From an uncultured Bacteroidaceae bacterium (GTDB taxonomy: Bacteria; Bacteroidota; Bacteroidia; Bacteroidales; P3), in contig CAZXEN010000002.1 in NCBI GenBank assembly GCA_964639765.1, positions 33,338 through 97,337 on the forward strand: a stretch of 64,000 nt of DNA. The letters are read 5' to 3'. This document shows positions 18,624-28,664 of this stretch, one piece after another. Every line of letters begins with the position of its first letter. The stretch's first letter is position 1. Below the pieces are notes generated by a model, which saw only the letters and a program-made list of their open reading frames with translations, searched no databases and was not told the origin of the DNA. A program made the position numbers and the translations under genes.

Positions 18624-19148
18624 CTATAAAATCTTTTGGAACACAAAAACATCTTCAAAACCATCCTTTCTTCTAATCCAATGAGGAAGAACAGCTACTT
18701 TGTTATAATCTGATTTATAAAACACATTCTGGCAAGCTTTATTTTCCTCTCCTATAAGAGCATACAACTGATGAAGCAGAAGAGTGTTCTTTGCATATTC
18801 TTCCAACAGGACCAATGTTTGTTTTGCATATCTTTTTCCTCTGTGTTTTTTGTCAATATAGAAACCTATGGCTGCCCGTTGATGCTTGCTGTCTATGTCA
18901 AACAAATCCACACAACCTATACTTGTCTTTTCTTTTCCAGAATCCAGATATATGATATTACGGGTCTGCTCTGTTTTAAAAATATCCTCGTTTTGACAGG
19001 ACAGGACATAGTTTTCCAAGTCAAATCTGGATATATAACGGTTGTTTGAGCCTATATTCCATTGTTCTGTGTCGTTTTCCCATTCATACAATTTGTCAAT
19101 ATCTGACAGTTCCACGGCTCTCAGTGATATTTTGCTATATTCTTTCAT
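18624..19148 (-). CDS. GNAT family N-acetyltransferase (RimJ/RimL-like)
   Basis: 174-aa ORF with acetyl-CoA binding-like segment HRGKRYAKQTL and overall GNAT size. Confidence 0.7.
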   Translation of the reverse strand: MKEYSKISLRAVELSDIDKLYEWENDTEQWNIGSNNRYISRFDLENYVLSCQNEDIFKTEQTRNIIYLDSGKEKTSIGCVDLFDIDSKHQRAAIGFYIDKKHRGKRYAKQTLVLLEEYAKNTLLLHQLYALIGEENKACQNVFYKSDYNKVAVLPHWIRRKDGFEDVFVFQKIL

Positions 19149-19227
19149 TCAAAATCAAGTTTTATGATGCAAATTTACAACTTTTTATAAAAATATTTCA
19201 AGTTTTTATTCGTTATAACAAAGAATT

Positions 19228-20103
19228 ATGACAAAAACTCTTCATATTATTGTTGGTGCAACAGCGAGCGGTAAGACAAGTTTCGCTATCAGACTTGCCA
19301 GATATCTTGGCTGTGAGATAGTTTCGGCAGATTCCCGTCAGATATTCCAAGAAATGAACATTGGAGTTGCACGTCCTACAACCGAAGAGCTGAATTCTGT
19401 AAAACATCATTTGATAGCTTGCTGGAGTATAACAGAAGATTACAGTGTTGCCCGCTACGAAAAAGAAGCATTGTCAAAGATTTCTTCCCTCTTTGATTTG
19501 TATAATGATGCTGTACTTGTTGGAGGCAGCGGACTGTATGTTAATGCTGTTGTCAATGGTATTGATGAAATGCCTGACATATCAAGAGAAACACGTCTGT
19601 ATGTGCAGAGACTTTATGAAGAAAAGGGGCTGAACTATCTACAGGATTTGTTGAAAGAAAAAGATGTGGAGTATTACAATATTGTAGACAAACAAAACCA
19701 CAGGCGTATCCAAAGAGCTTTGGAAATATGTCTGCAGACAGGAAAGACATTCTCTTCGTTTCGCACTGCCAATCCTTCAAAAAGAGATTTCAACATCAAT
19801 ATTATCGGCATAAAGAGAGAGAGACAAGAACTCATAGACAGAATAAACCAAAGGACAGACTTAATGGTGAAGGATGGTTTGATAGAGGAAGCAAGACAAT
19901 TGTATGAATACAGAAATCTTCCTGCTCTTAATACGGTAGGATATAAAGAACTGTTTGACTGTTTTGACAACAAAACAAGCCAAGAAGAAGCCATAGAACA
20001 AATAAAAATACACACTCGCCAATATGCAAAGCGGCAAATGACATGGTTTAACAAGGTTCCCGACATAAATTGGACGGATTACGCACAAGAAATCAAATTA
20101 TGA
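19228..20103 (+). CDS. miaA: tRNA dimethylallyltransferase
   Basis: 291-aa ORF with P-loop GATASGKT, followed by ADSRQIF and HHLI blocks typical of MiaA. Confidence 0.9.
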   Translation: MTKTLHIIVGATASGKTSFAIRLARYLGCEIVSADSRQIFQEMNIGVARPTTEELNSVKHHLIACWSITEDYSVARYEKEALSKISSLFDLYNDAVLVGGSGLYVNAVVNGIDEMPDISRETRLYVQRLYEEKGLNYLQDLLKEKDVEYYNIVDKQNHRRIQRALEICLQTGKTFSSFRTANPSKRDFNINIIGIKRERQELIDRINQRTDLMVKDGLIEEARQLYEYRNLPALNTVGYKELFDCFDNKTSQEEAIEQIKIHTRQYAKRQMTWFNKVPDINWTDYAQEIKL

Positions 20104-20109
20104 TATATC

Positions 20110-21270
20110 ATGAAAACAAAACTTTTATTTATAATACTGCTTCTACCCTACTCTTTCGTGTATTGCAACATACAGGATAAGGATTCCAACCTTATATACA
20201 ATTATTCCTTTGAGGAACACATAGCTTGTCCAAAGAGAATAGACCCTTATGGATATATGAACGAGCCTTTGGGGTGGTGGCAACCGACATCCGGCTCTGC
20301 CGACTATTACAATAATTGTGGAGGAAAGCAATGTCATGTCCCCAAAAACAAACTTGGTATCCAAATGCCAAGAACAGGAGAAAGCATGGTTGGTATTTAT
20401 TGTTCATTAACCGACTATAGGGAGTACATAGAGACAGAGTTGAAAGAAAAACTTAAACAGGGAGAGACTTATCATCTTAGTTTCTGGGTCAGTTTAAGCG
20501 AATATTCTCCGGAAGCAGTTGCAACAATAGGCGGATTGTTTACAGAAAGAATGATCAGCGACACAACTCGGCAGATGCTTACCAACAACAGCACGAAAAT
20601 AATCAACAATGTGAAGCAGAATATCTCCTCTTTTTACAAACCACAGGTGGTGAATCCTTTCATAAGAGTGCTTTCTGACACAACAAACTGGATGAAAATA
20701 GAAGGAGACTTTGTTGCTCAGGGCGGAGAAAAGTTTCTTACCATAGGCAATTTTTATCCTGCAGAACAAAGTAATGTGAATTATCCTTTGGGTCTTAGAA
20801 AAATACTTCCCGGAGCATATTATTATGTTGATGATGTAGAACTGTACTGTGTAACTTGCGGTCAGACAAACAAAGAAGGCAATGTCCTTATCACAAAGAC
20901 ACAAGACACGGTAACTTATTCTGTAGGTGAGGTAATTATTTTAGAGAATATATTCTTTGAATTTGACAAGAGCGTGCTTTTGCCTCAAAGTTATGTGGAA
21001 CTTCATAATCTTATCAACCTGCTGGACAGAAATCCGAATATGAAGATAGAGATTTCTGGACACACTGACAACAAAGGAAAGGACAGATACAACATGGAAC
21101 TTTCATTAAACAGAGCCAAGGCTGTATATGAATATCTTCTGATGGCTGGAATAGAGAAAAAACGCCTGAAATACAAAGGCTATGGAGCAACAAAGCCTAT
21201 AGCTGACAACAAAACTGACGAAGGAAGGGCAAAAAACAGGCGAGTGGAATTCAAAATTCTAAACCTGTAG
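20110..21270 (+). CDS. OmpA family protein (N-terminal Bacteroidetes-specific domain + C-terminal OmpA peptidoglycan-binding domain)
   Basis: 386-aa ORF with a signal peptide. The C-terminus reads FEFDKSVLL...ISGHTDNKG...NMELSLNRA...NRRVEF, the canonical OmpA-C motif set. Confidence 0.8.
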   Translation: MKTKLLFIILLLPYSFVYCNIQDKDSNLIYNYSFEEHIACPKRIDPYGYMNEPLGWWQPTSGSADYYNNCGGKQCHVPKNKLGIQMPRTGESMVGIYCSLTDYREYIETELKEKLKQGETYHLSFWVSLSEYSPEAVATIGGLFTERMISDTTRQMLTNNSTKIINNVKQNISSFYKPQVVNPFIRVLSDTTNWMKIEGDFVAQGGEKFLTIGNFYPAEQSNVNYPLGLRKILPGAYYYVDDVELYCVTCGQTNKEGNVLITKTQDTVTYSVGEVIILENIFFEFDKSVLLPQSYVELHNLINLLDRNPNMKIEISGHTDNKGKDRYNMELSLNRAKAVYEYLLMAGIEKKRLKYKGYGATKPIADNKTDEGRAKNRRVEFKILNL

Positions 21271-22024
21271 GTCTATTCTTTTCATACAGGAATATAACTA
21301 CTGCAATTACCAATAGCGAAGGTATGATATAAAGCACGTTGTCAAAGGTGCTTTCTTGTGCAAGTTCAATATTTTTGTTGGCCTGCAACATTAAAGCAAT
21401 AAAAACAACAAGATTGTTTGAAAAGTGTATAAAAATATTCACCCAGAGACTCTTTGAATAACAGAACATCAAGCCCAGAAGAAAGCCTATTATGAATCTT
21501 GGTATAAAGTTGGCAAATTCAAAGTGCATTAATGAAAATACCGCTGCTGTAATCACGATTGCCACATAATCGTTCTTCACAATTCTGGAGATGTTTCTTT
21601 GCATGATGCCTCTAAAAAACCATTCTTCAAAAACAGACGGAAGAATTGCCACACCAATCACAAGTGCTGCTATTCTTAGAGGAGATGCACCCACACAGAG
21701 TCTTAATATTGTCTGGTCTGTCTCTGGTTTTGAAAAATATTCCACAAGAGGTATGGAAGCAAGAAACAGCAATATTGCCACAAAAAACCATTTCCAGCTT
21801 TCGGGTTTCTGGAAAAGATTTCTATCTACAAACGTTTGGTCAAATATCTTATGGTAGGCCAGTACACTGCCTCCAAAACTGATTAAGGTACTTAGTATTA
21901 AAACAAGGGCAAGGTCTTTTGTGGCCAACAAAACCAAGGCTCCTATGAAAGAAGCAGCCAACAATGAAACTATATACAGACCTGTTAATACAAGGAGCTG
22001 CGTTTTGGGATTATTTATATTCAC
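21251..22024 (-). CDS. CPBP family intramembrane glutamic endopeptidase (CAAX protease-like)
   Basis: 257-aa polytopic ORF with EEWFFRG and later the His motifs LMHFEF and IHFSNN. Confidence 0.75.
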   Translation of the reverse strand: MNINNPKTQLLVLTGLYIVSLLAASFIGALVLLATKDLALVLILSTLISFGGSVLAYHKIFDQTFVDRNLFQKPESWKWFFVAILLFLASIPLVEYFSKPETDQTILRLCVGASPLRIAALVIGVAILPSVFEEWFFRGIMQRNISRIVKNDYVAIVITAAVFSLMHFEFANFIPRFIIGFLLGLMFCYSKSLWVNIFIHFSNNLVVFIALMLQANKNIELAQESTFDNVLYIIPSLLVIAVVIFLYEKNRPTGLEF

Positions 22025-22087
22025 TCAGCAAAAAAAAACAACAAGGACTTCAAGCTTAACACTCAAACACCTTTGACAAATCAACTG

Positions 22088-22309
22088 TTAGTACTCTTCA
22101 TCATTAAAGAAGAAGTCCTCTTTTGTAGGATAATCCGGCCAAATATCCTCTATTGAGTCATAAATATCTCCTTCGTCCTCTATTTCTCTAAGATTTTCCA
22201 CAACTTCTGCAGGAGAACCTGTTCTAAGAGCATAATCTATAAGCTCTTCTTTCGTTGCAGGCCAAGGAGCATCTTCCAAATGAGACGCAAGTTCTAAACT
22301 CCAATACAT
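22088..22309 (-). CDS. DUF2795-like small acidic protein
   Basis: 73-aa ORF. The segment PATKEELIDYALRTGSPAEVVENL resembles DUF2795. This is a recollection only. Confidence 0.5.
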   Translation of the reverse strand: MYWSLELASHLEDAPWPATKEELIDYALRTGSPAEVVENLREIEDEGDIYDSIEDIWPDYPTKEDFFFNDEEY

Positions 22310-22339
22310 ATTCTTTCTTTTTTGTTATTACTTTATTTT

Positions 22340-22882
22340 CTATGCTTCCCAGAATCTCTCTGTCCTGTGTTTGTCTTGCATGACTTTTCGTGCAAGGACA
22401 AAGAAATAGTCTGACAAACGGTTAAGATATTTCAAAACATTGGAATCCAATCCATGTTTGTCACTTACTTCCACGCATAGTCTTTCACACTTTCTGCACA
22501 TAGTTCTCGCTAAATGCAACAGACATGCCGTTTGGGAAGAAGAAGGTATGACAAATGCCTCCAGTTTTGGAAGTTCCTCTTCCATGGCATCTATCTTTCT
22601 TTCCAGAAACATAATGTCACTGTCCATGATAGCACCCATTTTGTCAAGCATGTCTTCTTTTTCACAGGCAACTATGCTTTCACATATAAACAACTTCTTC
22701 TGTATTACAACAAAAGCATTCTTGTAGTCGTCCGTCTTCAGCAAAGTGTCGATATATCCCATAAGACTGACAAGGGAATCTATCTCTCCGTATGCCTGTA
22801 CTCTAATGTCATACTTCTTTACCCGTGTTCCACCTACCAAAGAGGTGGTTCCTGTATCACCTGTCTTCGTATATGTAGCCAT
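22340..22882 (-). CDS. pduO: ATP:cob(I)alamin adenosyltransferase, PduO type
   Basis: 180-aa ORF with an N-terminal TKTGDTGTTSL motif and the helical-bundle size typical of PduO-type ATR. Confidence 0.85.
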   Translation of the reverse strand: MATYTKTGDTGTTSLVGGTRVKKYDIRVQAYGEIDSLVSLMGYIDTLLKTDDYKNAFVVIQKKLFICESIVACEKEDMLDKMGAIMDSDIMFLERKIDAMEEELPKLEAFVIPSSSQTACLLHLARTMCRKCERLCVEVSDKHGLDSNVLKYLNRLSDYFFVLARKVMQDKHRTERFWEA

Positions 22883-22921
22883 TTTTGGCGATTGTTTTTT
22901 ATATTGTTAACAAATTACTTT

Positions 22922-23182
22922 CTACAGAGGTTTGATATTCTCCACAGAAACTATCTCAGGTATTGCATCTTTTATTGCAAGTTCCACGTTTTGCTTCAAT
23001 GTCATCATAGCATACGGACAAGAGCCGCAATGTCCTTGCAGTTCCACATTGACAATCTTTTCATCTGTCAAAGAGACAAAGGCTATGTCGCCACCGTCTT
23101 CCTGCAGGTAAGGGCGTATCTGCTCTATGGCATTCTTTACCTTTGCTTCCAGTATATTTCTTTCTTCTGCTGTCATAATCAC
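22922..23182 (-). CDS. NifU-like Fe-S cluster scaffold domain protein
   Basis: 86-aa ORF with a CxxC motif in LQGHCGSCP, typical of the NifU C-terminal domain. Confidence 0.8.
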   Translation of the reverse strand: MIMTAEERNILEAKVKNAIEQIRPYLQEDGGDIAFVSLTDEKIVNVELQGHCGSCPYAMMTLKQNVELAIKDAIPEIVSVENIKPL

Positions 23183-23195
23183 TAACTTTTTTATT

Positions 23196-24023
23196 TTAAT
23201 CTTTATCCAATTTTTCTACTATCTTATCTGCCACGGCTTTGAAAGCTTTGCTTTCTGCATTGTCTTTCAGAGCTATAGGCATACCATTATCGTTTGCCTG
23301 AGAAACCGAGCAGGAAACAGGTATCTGACCCAAGAAATCTATGCCAAGTTCTTCACTTAGTTTTCTACCTCCTTCCTTTCCAAAGATATAATACTTGTTT
23401 TCTGGTAATTCTTCCGGTGTAAAATAAGCCATATTCTCAACCAATCCAAGCACAGGAACGCTTATCTGGTCATTGTTGAACATATTTATGGCTCTGCGTA
23501 CATCACTTACAGCCAACTGTTGAGGAGTGCAGACAAACAATGCTCCGCTTGGGTGGAAAGTCTGGACAAGTGTCAGCTGAATATCCCCTGTTCCAGGAGG
23601 CATATCCAAGACCAGATAATCCAATTCACCCCAACAGGTTTCACTAAGCAACTGTGTAAGAGCATTTGAAGCCATTGGACCACGCCACATCAAAGGTGCA
23701 GAATAATCAACCATAAAACCGATGCTCATAAGCTTTATTCCATATCTCTCTATAGGCACCATCAGTTCTCTCTCACCTTGTTTTGTGGCAAGAATTTCTG
23801 CTTTGTCTATATTGAACAGAGTCGGTAGAGACGGACCATAGACATCTGCATCTGCCAAACCTACTCTGTATCCTTCCCTTGCCAAGCAAACAGCAAGATT
23901 GACAGCAATCGTGCTTTTACCTACTCCACCTTTACCACTACCTACAGCAATAATGTGTTTGATGCTTGACATTGCTTGATTTACAGCTTCCTGTTGTTTC
24001 TTTCTTTCCTCAAAAGGATTCAT
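23196..24023 (-). CDS. mrp: Mrp/NBP35 (ApbC) family Fe-S cluster carrier ATPase
   Basis: 275-aa ORF with the deviant Walker A SGKGGVGKST and MPPGTGD. It is adjacent to the NifU-like gene. Confidence 0.85.
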   Translation of the reverse strand: MNPFEERKKQQEAVNQAMSSIKHIIAVGSGKGGVGKSTIAVNLAVCLAREGYRVGLADADVYGPSLPTLFNIDKAEILATKQGERELMVPIERYGIKLMSIGFMVDYSAPLMWRGPMASNALTQLLSETCWGELDYLVLDMPPGTGDIQLTLVQTFHPSGALFVCTPQQLAVSDVRRAINMFNNDQISVPVLGLVENMAYFTPEELPENKYYIFGKEGGRKLSEELGIDFLGQIPVSCSVSQANDNGMPIALKDNAESKAFKAVADKIVEKLDKD

Positions 24024-24270
24024 ATCAGTTATAGTTTTATCTTGTTTTAGTCGGATTGCACTTCACAAATATGTGAAATGGCCTGCAAAAGTACAAAATA
24101 AAAAATCAATAATTGCATATTTATCCGACAAAATTTATTATCTTTCTATAAATATCTGATTAACAAAGTTATCTGTCTAATTTTATTTATTATTTATAAC
24201 CTTTTACAGGACTTAGGACAATGTGTTGAGAAAACAGTTCTTCCTGCATAAAAAACAGTTTTTGTTTCTT

Positions 24271-24360
24271 AAAAAAAAGAGTTGGATTTTTTTTCTGAAA
24301 TCTTGATGTTTGAACATAAAAGTCTTGATCTTTTTTTCTAAAATCCAACTCTTTTTTCAG
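24271..24360. repeat. Nested inverted/direct repeat element of the A-tract/core/T-tract family (locus B)
   Basis: A perfect 18-nt inverted repeat, aaaaaagagttggatttt (24273-24290) and aaaatccaactctttttt (24340-24357). It encloses two tcttgat units 22 nt apart. Confidence 0.8.
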
Positions 24361-24503
24361 GACTTGTAAGTTACTGTTTTTGAGGACTAAATTTCCCTGT
24401 CAAAAAAAACAGGTTTATCCAATCCTTCGGGACAATAAGAACAGATAATTCAACGTTACAAACAAAAAAACAGGATTTTTTTCACTATTTAAAGAATTTA
24501 TTG

Positions 24504-24511
24504 TACTTTTG
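24504..24511 (+). promoter_or_regulatory. -7 box TACTTTTG for purA
   Basis: Exact TAnnTTTG match 22 nt upstream of the ATG at 24533. Confidence 0.5.
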
Positions 24512-24532
24512 TAAATTCTAATTTAAGACACT

Positions 24533-25840
24533 ATGATAACAAATAAAGTTGATATTCTTCTCGGATTGCAATGGGGAGACGAGGGAAAAGGAAAGGTTGT
24601 TGATTTTTTGTCAAAAGACTATGACATTATTGCTCGGTTCAATGGTGGGCCAAACGCTGGACATACTCTGGAATTCAACGGAATGAAACATGCTCTGCAC
24701 ATAATTCCTTCTGGTATCTGCCATAAAGACAAACAAAACGTGATAGGCAACGGAGTACTTGTTGAACCTTGCATATTTTTGGAGGAGATAGCATCTTTGG
24801 AAAGTAAGGGCTTTACTCCAAAAGACAACCTTATAATTTCAAACAAGGCTCATTTGATTCTTCCAACACACAGACTGATGGACGCAGCCAATGAAAAGTC
24901 TAAAGGAGACAAAAAGATAGGTTCCACCCTTAAAGGCATAGGCCCTGCATACACAGACAAAATTGCAAGGACAGGAGTAAGGGTCGGAGATGTTTTTGAG
25001 AAGGATTTTTCTAAAAAATACAACACTGCTAAGCAACTTCATATAAATCAGATAAGAGCTTTGGGTTTTTCTGTGGAAGAATTTAAAATAGCAGACAAGA
25101 CCTTGGAAGATTATGAAAAGGAATGGTTCAAATCTTTGGAGGAACTGAAGAAATTCAATATTCAAAACACAGAATACTATATCAACAACGCAATAAACAA
25201 CGGCGAGAAGATACTTGCAGAAGGAGCTCAGGCAACAATGCTTGACATAGATTTCGGTTCTTATCCTTTTGTTACTTCTTCTTCCACCATAAGTGCCGGA
25301 GTTTGTTCCGGTTTGGGCATTGCTCCTACATACATAGGAAGGATTTTTGGCACGACAAAGGCTTACTGCACAAGAGTCGGCAGCGGTCCTTTCCCTACAG
25401 AGCTGTTTGACGAGACAGGAAACAGACTTTGCGAACAAGGACACGAATATGGCGTAACCACAGGCAGAAGAAGAAGAACAGGTTGGCTGGATTTGGTAGC
25501 CTTGAAGTATGCCTGCATGATAAATGGCGTGACAGATTTGATGCTGATGAAGATTGACGTAATGGATAATTTTGAAACCGTAAAACTATGTGAAAAGTAT
25601 TCCATAGACGGCACGCAAATTGATTACGTTCCTTATAATATGGCTTCTTCTGACATAACTCCTATATATACAGAGTTTGACGGCTGGCAGACAAACGTAA
25701 GCAAGGTGAGAAATTATGAAGACCTGCCTGTGAAAATGAAGACTTATATAAAAGCAATAGAAGATAAGACAGGAATAAGGGTTAGCCTGATTTCTGTCTC
25801 ACCGGACAGAGAAGACACAATATTTAGAAACAATAAATAA
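24533..25840 (+). CDS. purA: Adenylosuccinate synthase
   Basis: 435-aa ORF with QWGDEGKGK, GPNAGHT and TTGRRRR motifs. Confidence 0.95.
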   Translation: MITNKVDILLGLQWGDEGKGKVVDFLSKDYDIIARFNGGPNAGHTLEFNGMKHALHIIPSGICHKDKQNVIGNGVLVEPCIFLEEIASLESKGFTPKDNLIISNKAHLILPTHRLMDAANEKSKGDKKIGSTLKGIGPAYTDKIARTGVRVGDVFEKDFSKKYNTAKQLHINQIRALGFSVEEFKIADKTLEDYEKEWFKSLEELKKFNIQNTEYYINNAINNGEKILAEGAQATMLDIDFGSYPFVTSSSTISAGVCSGLGIAPTYIGRIFGTTKAYCTRVGSGPFPTELFDETGNRLCEQGHEYGVTTGRRRRTGWLDLVALKYACMINGVTDLMLMKIDVMDNFETVKLCEKYSIDGTQIDYVPYNMASSDITPIYTEFDGWQTNVSKVRNYEDLPVKMKTYIKAIEDKTGIRVSLISVSPDREDTIFRNNK

Positions 25841-25850
25841 TACATTGGAT

Positions 25851-26933
25851 ATGAAACGTTTAGTTTTAACTGCAATATTGATAGGTGCAACATTGAGTTC
25901 ATTTGCTCAACAGAAACTTCGCAAAAGTGAAGTTCCGCAGGAAGTCCGTATGGGTTTGGAGAACACCTACACAGATTACAAACTTGAAGGCTGGTATTTT
26001 GAGACCGGACAGTATGTTGCCAACATCAATATAGACAATAACACCGGCAGAGTGTTCTTTACCCCAACAGGTAATTGGCAATATACCATCTTTGATATTA
26101 AACCTCAGGAACTGCCGACTCTTGTTGACAATTATTTCATAAATAATTATCCGGGATACCGTATCAAACAGTCACAGTATGTTGAAGATATGAGCGGAGA
26201 CAACTACTATCGTCTCATAATAGCAATGAAAGGTATTGCACAGACAGAATATGAGATGATTTTTGATACAAGGGGTAAGCTGACTAAAACAAATGCTCCA
26301 GATCCTGACTATGTCAAGAAAGACTATATTGCCCGTCTGAATCCTGAAGCAATAGAATATCGCCAAAAGAAAATGGCTGAGAGAGAAGGAATTGAAGGAG
26401 AAGGAATATCCATAGACTACGAAAAAGACCAGGCAGACATCAAGAAAAGCAAGAAAGTAGATGTTTCCACACCAGATGCTGTGGATACTCCAAAAATTCC
26501 AGATGAAGTAACTTCTGCTTTTAAAAAGAAATTTCCTCGTGCAGAAGTGAAAGAATGGAAGCAAGACGGAGAGAACTATCGTGCTGTCTATGACAGAAGA
26601 GGAACAGATGCCGAGATACTTCTTATGAAAGACGGTTCAATTATTTCCACTACAACAAATATGGATAAGGCACGCTATCCGCGTTTGATAACAAAAGATC
26701 TTGCTCTTCGCTATCCTAAGGCCAAGATAGAAAAATTCCAGAAGATAGACTATGATTCAAAATACAAAAGGATTGTTACTGACAAAAAATTGGAGACATA
26801 TTATTACATAGAGCTTACAGAGAAGATAAAAGGCAAAAACGACAAGAAACGAATAAAGGTTACCTACGACAAATCTTTTAAATTCCAAGGCTTGGCAGGC
26901 TCTGATGATGAATATGCAGAAGATGAAGATTAA
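25851..26933 (+). CDS. Exported two-module protein, PepSY-like (DUF2874-type) repeats
   Basis: Signal peptide ..SSFAQQ. Two related modules (VPQEVRMGLENTYTDYKLEGW... and IPDEVTSAFKKKFPRAEVKEW...) are joined by an E/K-rich linker. The family name is a recollection. I chose the ATG at 25851 rather than the TTG at 25845. Confidence 0.5.
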   Translation: MKRLVLTAILIGATLSSFAQQKLRKSEVPQEVRMGLENTYTDYKLEGWYFETGQYVANINIDNNTGRVFFTPTGNWQYTIFDIKPQELPTLVDNYFINNYPGYRIKQSQYVEDMSGDNYYRLIIAMKGIAQTEYEMIFDTRGKLTKTNAPDPDYVKKDYIARLNPEAIEYRQKKMAEREGIEGEGISIDYEKDQADIKKSKKVDVSTPDAVDTPKIPDEVTSAFKKKFPRAEVKEWKQDGENYRAVYDRRGTDAEILLMKDGSIISTTTNMDKARYPRLITKDLALRYPKAKIEKFQKIDYDSKYKRIVTDKKLETYYYIELTEKIKGKNDKKRIKVTYDKSFKFQGLAGSDDEYAEDED

Positions 26934-26947
26934 AAAGAAATAAAACT

Positions 26948-28615
26948 TTGCGTAATAACGTGACAGGATTTTCCAAAAGAATAAGACAATATGATACAAA
27001 AAATTGTAGGTTTGTTTTGAGCCTGCAATTTTTATTGTTATTTATCTGTGTTTTTGCTGTCAATATGAATGTGTCAGCACAAAAACAGATAGACTACAGT
27101 TCAAAAGTCGGCTATATCCGTCCGGAAAATCCCGATGACATGACGCTTATCCACGATGTAGTGTTTGTTCATGACAGTATGACGATGTATTGCGACTCTG
27201 CTATCTACAATAAGAAGGAAAACTATTTCTTTGCCTTTAATAATATAGTAATGATTCAAAAAGATACTCGCTTGACTGGTGATGAATTGCATTATTATGG
27301 CAATGAACGTGTGGGACATCTTAGTGGCAAGACGGTTATTCTTAAAGACAAAGAGGTAACAATGCAGACTGATTACCTGCTTTTGGACAGAAACGACAAC
27401 ACAGTCCGCTATATCACTGGTGCAGACATCTGGGACAATGAAAATACTTTGAAAAGTCAGGAAGGAATCTATTTTATTGATGACAAATTCTTCAATTTCT
27501 ATTATTCTGTTGTGGTTACTTCACCTGATGCCACCATTTATACAGACTCTCTTTACTATGACAGCAAGGAAGATGAAGCTATTTTTCTTGGACCTACGCA
27601 GATAGACATGGAAGACAGCATAAAGGTTCTTACAACTCAAGGAACCTACAACACAGAAACAGAAGAAGTCTATTCAGAAGAACGTCCTGAGATTTATACA
27701 AAAGAACAATATATCACAGGAGATACAGTCTATTACCACAGAAAAGAAAAACGGGGTTTTGCTTTTGGAAATCTTTTTATGCAAGACACCACAAATGATA
27801 TGATAACCACGTGCGACAGTGCTGTATTGAACACTATAGACACAGTTTCTGTGGCTGTTTTGACAGGAAACGTACTCTGCAGACAGATAGACAAGGAAGA
27901 CACTCTATATTTTCACTCCGACACGCTAAGAATAGAAATGGACACAAACTATAAGGTCTATGATTTGTATGGTTTTCCTCATTGCAAGTTTTTCAGGGAA
28001 GATTTTCAGGGTGCAAGCGAATGGTGTCATTACGTAGTTGAGGATTCCATTCTCACAATGCTGGTTTCTCCTATGCTTTGGACAGAAAATTCCCAGATTT
28101 CTTCTGATACCATAGTCATGGAAACAACAGAAAAAGGAATAAAAAAGCTGTATATGTTTCCAAATCCTTTGATTGTGCAGAACTCCGACACACTGACTGA
28201 ACAATATTTCAACCAAGTCATAGGCAAAAACCTTACAGGCTGGTTTGAAAAGAACAAAATCAAGTATGCGGAAGTTGTAGGCAACAGCGAAATAGTCTAT
28301 TATCTTTGGGAGGAGAAGAAAAAACAGAGCCAGGATTCAACACTAAGTACACAAAACGACAGTGTTTCGGCTCAGAAAACAATAAAAGAAAAAGAACTCT
28401 CAGGAGTCAATATCGGAAAAGCCCGTCAGTTAAATCTTTATTTCAACAAAGGCGAGATAAATAAAATGACTGCCATAGACAATCCTGATTTCTATATGGA
28501 CGATGATGAGAAAGTGCCGTTGGAAGTCAAGCGTTTGAAAGGATTTATCTGGAAAATAGAAGACAAGCCTTTGCAGCCAATGGATGTTTTCAAGAAAAGA
28601 GAACTGAAAAATTGA
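26948..28615 (+). CDS. OstA/LptA-fold repeat protein (exported)
   Basis: 555-aa ORF with a hydrophobic N-terminus. Repeated beta-jellyroll-like segments (VVFVHDSMTMYCDSAIYNKKENYFFAFNNIVM..., TGDTVYYHRKEKRGFAFGNLFM...) are typical of OstA-like N-terminal domains. The start codon is uncertain (TTG at 26948). Confidence 0.5.
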   Translation: MRNNVTGFSKRIRQYDTKNCRFVLSLQFLLLFICVFAVNMNVSAQKQIDYSSKVGYIRPENPDDMTLIHDVVFVHDSMTMYCDSAIYNKKENYFFAFNNIVMIQKDTRLTGDELHYYGNERVGHLSGKTVILKDKEVTMQTDYLLLDRNDNTVRYITGADIWDNENTLKSQEGIYFIDDKFFNFYYSVVVTSPDATIYTDSLYYDSKEDEAIFLGPTQIDMEDSIKVLTTQGTYNTETEEVYSEERPEIYTKEQYITGDTVYYHRKEKRGFAFGNLFMQDTTNDMITTCDSAVLNTIDTVSVAVLTGNVLCRQIDKEDTLYFHSDTLRIEMDTNYKVYDLYGFPHCKFFREDFQGASEWCHYVVEDSILTMLVSPMLWTENSQISSDTIVMETTEKGIKKLYMFPNPLIVQNSDTLTEQYFNQVIGKNLTGWFEKNKIKYAEVVGNSEIVYYLWEEKKKQSQDSTLSTQNDSVSAQKTIKEKELSGVNIGKARQLNLYFNKGEINKMTAIDNPDFYMDDDEKVPLEVKRLKGFIWKIEDKPLQPMDVFKKRELKN

Positions 28616-28664
28616 TGACATTTTGTCATATTATAATAATAAAGGTATAAATTTTGAAAACGTT

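Noticed and set aside
21251-21270. 20-nt overlap of the 3' ends of the convergent OmpA-family and CPBP genes
   Set aside because: Both ORFs are individually well supported. Such tail-to-tail overlaps are common in compact genomes, and nothing else marks the site.
22514-23185. 223-aa plus-strand ORF antisense to the pduO-type ATR and NifU-like genes
   Set aside because: It is completely overlapped by two well-supported minus-strand genes. Its composition is Cys/Phe/Leu-rich, typical of antisense frames in AT-rich DNA.
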